Source: Oikopleura dioica (taxonomy: Eukaryota > Animalia > Chordata). From it: a stretch of 64,000 nt of DNA. The position numbers were made by a program, and so were the translations under genes. The notes below the pieces were generated by a model. The model was not told the DNA's origin. It ran no database searches and saw only the letters and a list, made by a program, of their open reading frames with translations. Within the stretch, counting starts at the first letter, position 1. The number at the start of each line of letters is the position of its first letter. The stretch spans positions 10,354,001-10,418,000 of the forward strand of contig OU015568.1 in assembly GCA_907165135.1 (NCBI GenBank), in the 5' to 3' direction. This document shows, piece by piece, positions 23,139-34,392 of the stretch.

Positions 23139-23420
23139 ATGATCAAAGACGCAAATCACGCACAAAGACAGATCCAAGAGGACTGGAATAACCGAGAATA
23201 CGTCGAGGTCATCACTACACAAATCAAGAAAATCTCAGACTTCCTCAACTCTTTTGACTCTAGGTACGTTTAGGCATACCAACTCACGCATAAATGGAAT
23301 TTAAGTTGTCGGGGAAGATTCGCTCAGATGGACGAGAAGCTTACAACTCTTGAAAGACGGATCGACTTTTTAGAAGCTCGCATCTCCAGATCGCTCGCTA
23401 ACAATTCTGGCAGGGAATGA
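23139..23420 (+). CDS. BRK1: BRICK1/HSPC300 WAVE complex subunit
   Basis: [17 protein letters not shown]...[18 protein letters not shown]...[11 protein letters not shown], in two exons. Confidence 0.95.
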
Positions 23421-25048
23421 TTTCTAACAACAGCTTACTTACTTCTGAACAATTCCACTGCGTCATTCTCGAAATAAACTTTTCGCTAAAAAAGATCTTT
23501 AATTTTATAGCCATTTCTGCTGGTTATAAAGTTGAGTCTTCCTTGATTTCAATCGATTACAAGTTCAATGTTCGCAGTATAATTTAGTCGCGGTGGAAAT
23601 CTGCCCCGGAAGATCGTTTGAAGGACGATTTTATTAGATCGACGGGTTGAAAAGGATTTCACAAGTGCGTGTGATATTTACAGTAGCGGCTGGTATGATG
23701 AATTACTGTCACGCTAGGAGTTTTATTAACTCGTCCAGTATGACATGGGCTTGTTTGTTCAGCCCGGAAACGTGTGATTTCCATACTTTTTATTCGATTC
23801 ATTTCGACATGTTTATCTGTAATTTAGAGTAAGATCACGGCTCAACCTTTCTTGCATTTTAATAAGCAGGCTCAGGTGATGTCACCAAGGTCGTAATTCG
23901 CAATTTACATGGACAGGGATATAACGTGTTTCAGTTTTAATTTCGCGTCGATAAATAATTTCCACATGCGGACAGAAATACGCGAAATCAAAATTGATTA
24001 CTATTTCATACACGGGGTAAAATAATTAAACCAACAACAGCGTGTATTGATTTATGCTTCCAGAAAGAGCATAAATCTTCTCTTTTCAACGAAAATTAAT
24101 TATTTTACCGCGTCATGGGGTTAGGGCCCTTTCATTTTTCCGTATGGCGCAGCATGGGGCTCTGTGACCTTTCGGAATTACTGTCGGCATAGGAAATTGG
24201 ATCGGCAGAGAGTCTAATAAAAATGGATCTTTTGATTTAACGTCGTTTATTATTTAATTAAGTAAGTTGAATATTTTGATTATTTTGCCGTTCTAATAGA
24301 AAATAGCATGTAGAAAAGCCTAGTTACGAGAAATGATGATACAATTCGTTTTGAAAGGGCGTTCTGTCAAGTAGTCTCAAGAGTTTTCTTCCCGGGGTTT
24401 CTTTTGTGGCGAAGTTCGTTTTCATTTTTATTTTCATTAAAAACCCGGGCGGCCCTTGAATGCGACTCGAGTGGCTATTCATAATTCCACTCAGAGTGAT
24501 TTCATAAAAGAACCCAACCACTCAAGCAACTCCCGGAACAGGGCGGCCAGGCCTTGGACTCTCTAATAATAAAAGACAACTTGTTTCTATTCAACATGGA
24601 TTACTACAGTAATGGATGACAACGCATTCTTTCAATTGAAGTTTACTTTATTTTGATAAGTAAATTGTACAAGAATAAGGGCTTAGTTACTTTGTACAGC
24701 TCTTTATTTGCTTTCAATGTTTTTGAGAGGGAGTAGTAAAGTGGTTTAAAATAGTTTATACAGTGTGTTGTCAATAGTACGTTTTTGGCATATAACGATA
24801 AGAAAGAGAATCATGATTACGATTATATAAAATCGTGATCAACAAGTTTTATATCCAGAAAGGTCATTTTTGTTTAATTAAGAGGCGCAACGAGTGAGTG
24901 AACTTGGACGAATTCGGAATCCACCACTGTAGATTCGGCACGGTCCTGTACGCTTATTTTTAAACGAATCTTCGAACATCATTATGATAGAAAATAATAA
25001 TCGTACATGATTATAATATAATACAGTAGCAAGCTAACAGTGATCGGA

Positions 25049-28017
25049 TTACTCCTCTGCGCCGTGCTCGTCCACAGATGTGATCATCGTTGGCATGGTT
25101 GGCACTGATGTCGACACCACCGGCGTCGAATGGGGTGAAGACAACGACGTAGGCATCGAGAGAAGAGAGGGAAGTCCCGAAAGGAAGTTGTCGGGGAGAG
25201 AAAGAGGGTTTCCATTCTGTGGTGCGCCTTGTCGTCCGCCGAGAGCGTACTTGGCTCTGTATCGCTTTGTTCGTCCAACTTGGCCGACTGCGTTTTTGAC
25301 TGTTGGATAGGTACAGCCAGGAAACATGCGGTAAGTCTCGTCGAAGATCCAGTCGATCTTCTCCTGATCGAGATCGCGAAGAGGTGCGATGATCTCGTCG
25401 TCGGTGAAGAGGAGTCGAGTGAGAGCGTAGACAAACTTGGTCAAAGTAGGTCGAGCGAGAGGATTGGAGAATCGCTGACGGAGAAGGTCCAAGTCCATCA
25501 TTTTTCCGCGAGCGGAAATGAAGTCCTCCATCTTCTTGCGAGTGGCGCCAGTTGGCGGAGAGTTTCCGAATTGACCCTGATTAAGATCGTTAGAGATATT
25601 CATGGATTATTATTTTAAGTATTTGTAAAACTAGCAAAGCCCGAAGATGACATATTTTGGCGGCAGATTTGACCCGGAAGCTCCTTGCAAATGAAATTTG
25701 CATCTCCACATGAGGCAATCGATTACACGATCATTTTCGCGTTCTCTTTTTCGAAATTGCAAAATCGAATTATCAAGTACCGTGGGACATGTTTACTCGT
25801 AAGTGCACTCAGTGGGGTGTGAAAGAGGCATTCGCGGAAAAATTTGGGGCTCAAGTCAGCGCGGAATTTCAGTCCTTATCTGCATGGGTGGTTTGGCGTG
25901 ACACAGTTCGTTACGAACATAAACAGATCAGCTGATCAAGAAAAGTGGCATGCAGATGCGAGAAGCCATGCGGAATTGATCGCATTATAAGTAAATATTT
26001 CCAGATACATTTCAGAGCGGAAAAAATTCCACATCAAGATAAATTTTAAACCCTTTCGCCTTACAGGAATTATTTGGTAATCGCAGTTGGAATCCGCCAT
26101 GTAACAAATAGCGATGATCGATGTTCGTTACCGGATTTTGATGGGCTATTGTTAGCCATCGATTTTGGACCCAGATGTTGTAAATGCTAGATCCCACGGG
26201 CAGAAGGTCTCCGGCACACATAAAAATGAACCGTCGTCGAGAAAATCGATCTTCAATTTAGTTTTCTAAACCGCAAAGCGGATTTCACTTATCCCTCTCT
26301 CTCTCCTCCCCCTTTCCTCTCTATCACCCGGACAATATAAAATACGTTTCAATTATCATAATGGGCTTTGCAATATAAAATAAGCGCGGGAATGAGGATT
26401 TAGACGTACCTCGCCGTTTCGGACAATCATGCTGTTTTGTTGAAGAGTTGGCATGCTTTTGGCGTGCTGAAAAAGTAATGTTAGAAAAATGGCTGATAAA
26501 AAGAAGGAAAATCAGCTCATAAATTTGTTATTTTGCTTACCATAAAAGGACTGAGCTTCATTTTCAGGTCATCGTGAGAGTCAGACATGTCAATATTTTC
26601 AACATCAGACTCATCGAGATCGTTAGTATCCTCCTGCTTGATGCCAGCTTGTTGTTCCAAAAATTTCTTGATCGCGCTGTTGGGATCTGCCTGGGCGCCG
26701 AGCAATTTTTGCATCAAGTCATTTGGTTGGAATTTGCCAGCTTGTCCGATTTTCTGTCCCAAGTTTCCAAGTCCGTGTCCCATCATTCCCAAGTTGGGCA
26801 TCAAGAGTTTCTTCTGTTGGAAGCTCTGGGTCGCGACCTGGATTTGAGCGGCGAGATCTTTGGGGATTTGAGGGAGAGACTGAGGATGGGTAGGCGTGGA
26901 TTCGGCTTGGTGCTGGTTGCGGACGATCTTGTCGAGAGTTTCATCGTCGTCTTCGGCAATGACGAGCTCGCTATCGTCTTGTTCGCGGGATTGATTTGGA
27001 GATGAAGAAGTGTTAGAAGAAGAGGTCATTGAAGGAGTCATTGTTGGATGGATATTCGGTGATGAAGTAGGATTCATGCAAGGTTTCTTTGGCATCTGAA
27101 AGCGTATTTTAGAAGAGTGTCTAACGGCATCCTATTAACGGTATTGATTCTCCTTTTTCAACACTTTGAAAAACGCTCTGTGAATAATAAAATGGCTTGG
27201 GACAAGCCGTTGCTATGATTTTTTAACTGGGACGCGTTAAAAATTTAAATTGGTTAAAATGGCCCACCGGTCGGCTAGCGCCATTTCGAGAGTCCCAAAC
27301 ATTTTACTTTCAGTAAAATATTTATAAAAATGGTTAAATAATTAAGCACACATAGTTTTGTATGTTTGCGCAGCGTCGAGGCAAAGTATCGAAAAGGGGT
27401 GAATTATTCAACAACCAGGCGGTTAAATATTCACCGGTTATACCTCCATCCGTATTCCGAAAATTGATTCATAATGGTCCACTGGGACCTCTTTAACTTC
27501 CTTTCAAACGATAGTACCGTGGCCCAATTTGAATCAACATAAAATAAGAGGAGGAAAATAAAGCATAAATGGTAATCTGTTCAGTAAATTTACCTGTCCG
27601 TAAATTTCAGGCTTGGGAAGTGGAGGAGAGTCCTTTCTCTTGGCGCCCACCGAGCAGGGACGGGTAGGCACTTCAACTGTCGTAATCGGCTAAACAGAGT
27701 GTCCAAGTTTCGGAAAAATGTCGGACAGGAGCTCTTAGCCCTCTCTAGGTCTACTTACGTTGCGCAAGAGCAAGTTCTTCGAGTTCATTTGTTGGAGCCG
27801 CTGCTGGAGCATCTTGTGCAGCGCGGCCGAGCTCGTGTTGTTGATGCTTTGCGAGTTGGCTTCCTTCTCCGGACTCGCGGGCGGAGATGGAGGAGTTGCA
27901 TGCGGAGAGCTCCAGTAAAGAGTGCACTGAAGGATTCACGATTAGAGAGGTCTTTTTATCGATTGGAATAAATATGCAGAAATCCACTTGATATGAAAAC
28001 GGTGCACAGGCATGCAT
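25049..28017 (-). CDS. BEN-domain transcriptional regulator with long low-complexity N-terminus
   Basis: Phase-compatible exons ~28017, ~27927-27765, 27095-26541 and 25576-25049. C-terminal TKFVYALTRLLFTDDEI...LDQEKIDWIFDETYRMFP...VKNAVGQVGRTKRYR fits the BEN pattern. The start exon is uncertain. Confidence 0.72.
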
Positions 28018-28496
28018 CCCGACAATCGATTTTCGAAACTTAAAAAACTAAACCGCTGCAGGGTGTAAAGTGGTTCCACTTTACAATGCGCGCTCTCGAA
28101 CAGCGATTCGCAAGCCAGACGGCAGTAACGAATATGTAAAATAATATAGACACGGAATACACTTGTGTGTGGGGCTTAATTATCGCGTTAATAATTGATC
28201 GCTAATCGCGGATCCTACTTATACGCTGCGCTATCGATTTTATTTTATGAAGGTTGATCATTTTATTACGCGAGGAGGGCCCCTTAGGGTCGACTTTCTA
28301 AAAATTTCCGAAAAGGGGCGCCATCTGTTATCCACGAAATCGAAGATGAAGAAAAAAAAATGTTCCATGACAAGTTAGATAGGCCCGCTTAATGGGATAA
28401 TTATCCCGGCTATACTTTACTCGAAATTACGGGCCAATTAGCCCCGTCTAACTAGAAACGGGCAAAGGAAACCAACCACGGCCGTTCAAATCTAAT

Positions 28497-28878
28497 GTCA
28501 CGTGATAGTTCCCCGGAGAGGAATGAAATTTGCTAGTAATCATTTTCACTTAACAAACGTACATTATGCTGATCTATTATTCATCGTCAGTCTTACCTGT
28601 AGTCCCATGTCGTTGACCAAAATCGACCATCGTGGTTCGGAGTATTCTGATAAGTTGAACTTGCCCAGATGCTTCCAGAATTCGTTTGGCAAGGTTTCGT
28701 TGTGTGTCGTAGTCATTTTTGTTTATCTGAAAGATATGCTTTATTTCCACGTCTCGTAACTCTTTCAAGTTGGTTTCGCGCAAAGATAAATATAGAAAAA
28801 GATCTATCAGGGCACATCCCCGCAGGGACGCCCTGCGGTGATATCGTAACATCTAGTCACGTGACAATAAGTCACGTG
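28497..28878. promoter_or_regulatory. Cluster of three GTCACGTG E-boxes upstream of the BEN gene
   Basis: GTCACGTGA 28497-28505, GTCACGTGAC 28856-28865 and GTCACGTG 28871-28878. Confidence 0.4.
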
Positions 28879-31800
28879 CTATAAACCTATTCACAGACCG
28901 GCTCACATAAAAAATGACTCCCCTTTCCCCAGCGTGAAATCGTCGAATTTCTCTACGGGGCGTCCTGCGTTTTCCCTTTCGCTTTTTCTCCTTTACTTGT
29001 TTTTGAATTGGATTGAAACGTCTCTACGTTTCGTAACTAGGCTGAGAATTCACTATTTTTAGTTCGAAACGCCGCCGAATATACTTATGCTTTCTGACAT
29101 GTGTAATTTGGGTCGCAGCTGTGGCAAAAAATGTCTCGGCCGTTACGTAACCGGGATTTTCCGGTCCCATGCAAAAACTGTGGTTGGTAACGTACGAATT
29201 AATTTCGAAAAAGATGCCGTCTGCGAGTGTCAGCCGGATTAGCCACCTTCGAGTAACATTTTTACCGACATCGACATCGGGAAATCCGAAATCCGGCAGC
29301 TGCGATGAAACGCATGTCCGGATTTTTCATACACGAACATTTTTCTTCATGCGAAAAAATGTTATAATCACCTGTTTGAGATTTTCTCTGGATATCTCTC
29401 TCTCTATCCGAAATTTAAAAATATGTACGTTCGAGGAATTCTGATCTGTCTTTCTGTTGTGAGCAAGTTGGCCGGGTTCGTGTTGAAAAATGTCCGGTAA
29501 AAATGGTGGCGCGGCGGTAAAGAGTAGCGGTAGAAGCAGAAAGTAGTGTAAGGTTACTTATCGGTTACTATACGAATATTAATGGTAAAAACGGACAGTC
29601 GGCGGTGGTGCACCGCGAGTCAGGTAAGTATGGTGGTGCAGAGTGTAACTACACCGCCCCGTCATTCGTTTACTCTTTCAATTACCCCGATTATGTGTAG
29701 TACAGCAACCGGAGAACCGATTTTATTATCGGTCGTTTTCAAAATCCCATCCAGTTTCACTTTACAAAAAGGTAAAAAAGGGAAAGACTGAGCTCCTGAC
29801 TCAGCTGCTCATGTTGGTTGGGCGCCGGCTTCACGAAAGAGGGATTAAATAGTGACAAATGACTGTAACTTGTCAGTGATTATGCGCGAAAGGGCGATAA
29901 ATCATTTTCGTACACAACAGTTCTTCTTTTATGTACTCTACAGTGGGTGTGTTTACCAGACAACTGCTAAGTAGTAAGCCTAGAAGGGAGTAAACATTTG
30001 GTCAGGTTTTGATGATGAAATGATATCGCTCAGAAAAGTAGAAGTAAAGGAGAAACGACAATTCCTGAACCGTCGATTCCTAAATCGAAAAACAACTAAT
30101 TCAACGGATGATTTCACGCGCAGTTATTACGGTGGCGCATGAAGGTTGATCCAAGTGGCTATCCTCTGGGGACATGGCTTTATTCCGTTATCGATCCGTA
30201 CGTTAATATCCGTCATAAAAATAGTCACGCAGGACAGACTACTGGCGAAAGCCGCATAAGAAGGTGCTCGAGGTGAAAAACGAAAGGGCACGAATTGAGG
30301 GTGGTATTTTCGTTTTTTATTCGTAAACACCGGTTGGAAGGCATTTTGTAAAAACGAGGGAACCACACGGGAAAAGGGCAGTGGCGGCGCGGACCACACG
30401 TCGCGGCAGCTCCGTTCATTAAAGCTAGAATTTAATTTCCCTCTTTATCCAAAACCCAGATCAAAAAAAAACAAAGACAATATCCTTGAAAAAATATGTT
30501 ATGGGGTTACCTTTAGGATTGACTGTGAGTTGATAAGGGTTTGATAAGCGCTACGGGAGTCTCTTGAAGTTACGTTTGTCTTTTTTTTCTTTTCGTTGAT
30601 GAAAAAATATGTTTTATTTTTAACTTTTCGTATTTGAGATTGTATGTTTCTGGACACACACAACTCTAGTTTGACGTGTTTAGGTTGTGAGCGTGAAAAT
30701 GACGAGTTAGGCGTTACTCACGAGGGAGCTCGCGGCTGCCACAGAAGGCAAATACGATGCGCGCGCCACCCAGAGGACACGTATTTTCTCTTCTATACAG
30801 GCATGGATGATGCCCTCGATCTCCCGCCACCGTCCGGCGATACCCGCACGCGCACAGGAAGTTCCGAAAAATGACGCGGCAGCGCCACCAAGGCGCGTGA
30901 AAATTATTACGAGCCAAGTTACGATTGGCTAAAATCGTAATTATGAACAGCGCCACCAAGCATAGCTTGATTCTAGAGCCAAAATAATAAATTTTTAACC
31001 GGTTATCATTAAATATAAACAAACAAGATTCTTTTTTTAATTTTTTTGAGAATTAAAAAACTTAAAATTTTTTTTTCAACTTGAAAATTTATACTTTTTC
31101 ATCTTTCCAACGGATGATTCTATGATAGAATTTCTATCTATCTATCAAGTTTATTGAACACTTCAGTACTTGTATCATTAATAAAACCAGAAAAGTGAAG
31201 AGTAAGTGACACTATTAAAACTTCCTTATTCTGAAAATAAATATCAACCTTTTCCAGCCGAGTGGCTGGATAAACCGGCTTTCTATTTCCGGTCTGATAG
31301 CGTGATAAATTCGCTTGAAATTAAATATTCGGAAATTCCACTGAAGCCTAACAACTTCCGTTTGGTGTTTGAAAGCGGCTCGTAGCGGGCGGAAAATGCT
31401 CCAGTGTCACAACTTGTGACCTCCTTCTTTTCTGCTCCCCCGCAGCGCGTGTTACGAGCGAACGTGGAACCATATCACCCTCTACGATTTTCCGACATCA
31501 AAGAGCGGCAAAAAGAGTCGGCTAATTGCGCCCAATCCCACAGAATTAGACGCGCTTTTCGTATTGATTTCCGGTTAAGTTACTTTTAGCCATCGGTTGA
31601 AAATTATGTTTCCAACGGAAAAAATAGTTCTTATCAGTAAAATTTCTTTTTACTAAAAACCGCCCTTTTATTACATTTTCAACCCTTTTCTCACGCGCCG
31701 GAGCGTCGGAATCAGATCGCGACTTGATTTTGAGAAAAATATAAATTGGGATCGTAAAGAGAGTTTAACTCGCGGCAATTGTGAAAATAAAAATGCGATA

Positions 31801-33356
31801 TAAAATAATATATGGTCTGGAAGTAGCAGCGCGGATTCCCAGACGTCCGTCGCCGCTTTCGCAATTTATGGAACGAGGATCAATAATTCAAGACCTTTTC
31901 CGAGATAAATCATCAATTTTATTCTCTCGCAAATAGTCATATATTTCGATTATAAATCACTTCACTCATCCCCCTAAACATCATTCAATTAGGTCCAACT
32001 TACACAAAAGTGGGAAGTCGACTTTTTTATTAAATTATTGAAAGAAAATATTAAACAAAATCATTCCCTGTTCTATCATCTGTAAGGACCCTGTATCAAA
32101 GGAAATGCTGGTTTACCTGCTGAATGTTCCAGGCTTCGAAGTTCGTTCTTTCAAATTTCTTCGAAAAAAAATATAATTTTGTAACTGAAACAGAGTAACT
32201 CTGGATCTGAACGTAAACTCCAAATTTGACCTCGTTCTAGAAACATGATTTCATAACAATCGTAAGTTCAGAATTTCGTAAAAAAGTGATCTCGAGATCG
32301 AGCTCATTTCTCAGCTCTTTGCCCCGATCAGGATCTCGCGTACGTGTGAAGAAATTTTCTATTTTTAATCGCGTAGCGAGTGATTAGTACCGTATCGCTG
32401 ATTTAGTAAGTACTTATCCTTTAGGTGTGAGGGTTATGCTCTATTTTTACCCTTTTCTCTTTGGCAGACCGGATCTTTCACACCCTCAGCTAGTTAAAAA
32501 TAAAAGTTTATCCCTATATCTCGTCTCCTTGTTCTTTGAATTTTGAAGTTTTTTTTATATTATAATTTTTTTGTTTAAGAACTGATTATTCTAGTTAGAA
32601 AGAATGAGTTGAAGAAGGTTGTTTTGAAAGGAAGTTAGAATCGTCTCCGTAAAATCGCTAAAATTGCCGTTTTCGCCTGCCAAAGACGCATCGTTTGGCA
32701 CTTGAAAGCGTAAGAGAGCAATTACAGTCGATCTGGTGCTTGATAGATGAAGTGCCCATCGCTTTAGTGAACAAATCAAAATAAAAACGCAGTTTCACGC
32801 CAGCGAAAAAACGGGTAATTATTCTTCGCGAAAGTCAAGGGCGGTCGGAGTGTTTAATAATTTCACCTCGCTAGAAAAGATCATTAAAAAAAAGAACGGT
32901 TCAAAATGAAAATCTTCAGTTAAAAAGGAGAAGTTCGGAATTCCCTTTATGAAAAGACGTGGAAAATACAAAAGTGGCTTATATTCCGCGTGAGTGGCCG
33001 AGTTATCTCTGCGGGGCGAGTCTGGATGATCCGACCCTCCCCGCGGCGAGTTTGCCATCGTAATTCACAAAAAATAAAGGAGAGAGGCCCGCCTAGAGCG
33101 AGATCAGGCACACAGCTATCGTTTCATTACTATCGACCTGGACGAAAACGCCTAAACAAATAAGCCGCTTACCTATGAACACGAATACACAACTCTCAAT
33201 AAACTTAACTTATCTTCTTTATAATTCTGGTAAATTAAGTATTAGATTACCATTCAAATTCTCAAGATTTCATTTTTTTTTTTACGTTTTCAACAAAAAT
33301 TGCTCAATAAACTTTTTGATATAAAAAAGTCAGGAAGTTAGTCCAATTGTGGGGAT

Positions 33357-34392
33357 CAGGGCTGGTAAATTAGCGCACTATTTTCTCTCGAAGAAAAAAA
33401 AAATAGTGCACTAATTTTTTTTAGAGACATTTTCGCGTCTTTCGCGCCTTTAGTGCACTAAAATGACACTAATTTTTCCTCTTGGGGAAATTAGTGACTT
33501 TTCGAGAGCTGATCAGCACTAAAGACGCGAAAAAAGAGGCTCTTTTTCATCATCCAATGGGCTCTTCCCGGATGATAGTTTCATGGAAGACGATTTTTGT
33601 CAGGGAAGAATTTCTTCAAACTGTTTTTTTTTAGTTTTCTAGGATATAGCAATGCTATATTTTAAGATTAAAATATATCGGGAGTAAATCTGCTTTCTGA
33701 ATTATAAAGTAAGCATGAACGTGGGAGAAGATCTCCCTTCTGAATTGTGAAATAAATATGATTTTGTTAATTATGAATTATATTAACAATCTGCACAACT
33801 TGTGCAGCACAAGGCTGCTCCTGCTACAGACTTTTGAGGACACCGAAGATTAGTCGAACGACGACAAGAAGAAGATTGACAAGAAAGGGAAAATGCAAGA
33901 AGAACAAGCTTCAATAAAAAATTAGGGAGAAGACCTCCCTTAGAAAGCTTATCTTAGGCTAAGAGTCTAAGCTTATCATTCAAATCCAGCACAGAAAGAG
34001 TTGCAAACGAAAAATGAATTCTATTTTTCCCTATATAATATAAGCTATCTTTGTTACTTTATATTTATAAAGAAAATTAACAAATGGATTGATAAAGTCT
34101 TTTTTGACTTTATATTAAAATTCACTCCCTCGATTACCCAATCCACTTTATTGAAACTCTTTGAAATTCTAATATTAACGAAGTTTGAAATTCTCAAACT
34201 TACGTATTCTTCAGAATTAAAGAGCCCGCGCTCATTGGCGGGCCAATCAGCAGCCCTTATTTTCGACACTTTTCGAGACACACGCGAAAGAGACGCGAAA
34301 GTCACTAAAGTCTCGACAAAATAAATTCGCGCACTAATTTTAGTGCACTAAAAATTTTCGACAGATTTTAGGACGCGAATTTACCAGCCCTG
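33357..34392. mobile_element. Non-autonomous hAT-type DNA transposon, 1036 bp
   Basis: 15-bp TIRs CAGGGCTGGTAAATT / AATTTACCAGCCCTG and a perfect 8-bp TSD GTGGGGAT (33349-33356 and 34393-34400). Subterminal arrays of AGTGCACTAA, GACGCGAAA and TTTTCGA motifs. No transposase ORF. Confidence 0.93.

Larger units (their letters stand above)
3446..23420 (+). other. Probable operon(s): 13 co-oriented genes with unpaired splice acceptors just before ATGs
   Basis: Stop-to-start gaps of 177, 131, 91, 81, 33, 258, 554, 147, 382, 118, 358 and 282 nt. TTTAG-A-ATG (3446, 7859), ATTAG-A-ATG (6748), TTCAAG-A-ATG (14778), TTTTAG-ATG (21098). Confidence 0.6.

Noticed and set aside
24049-24077. 10-bp-arm hairpin GATTTATGCT/AGCATAAATC (similar small hairpins at 31254 and 34566)
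   Set aside because: Too short for a pre-miRNA and expected by chance.
32591-33058. Minus-strand ORFs that could be upstream BEN exons
   Set aside because: Could not be joined by clear phase-compatible splice sites.
34001-34324. ORFs inside the hAT element
   Set aside because: AT-rich, with no transposase motifs (no BED finger, DDE or dimerisation domain).
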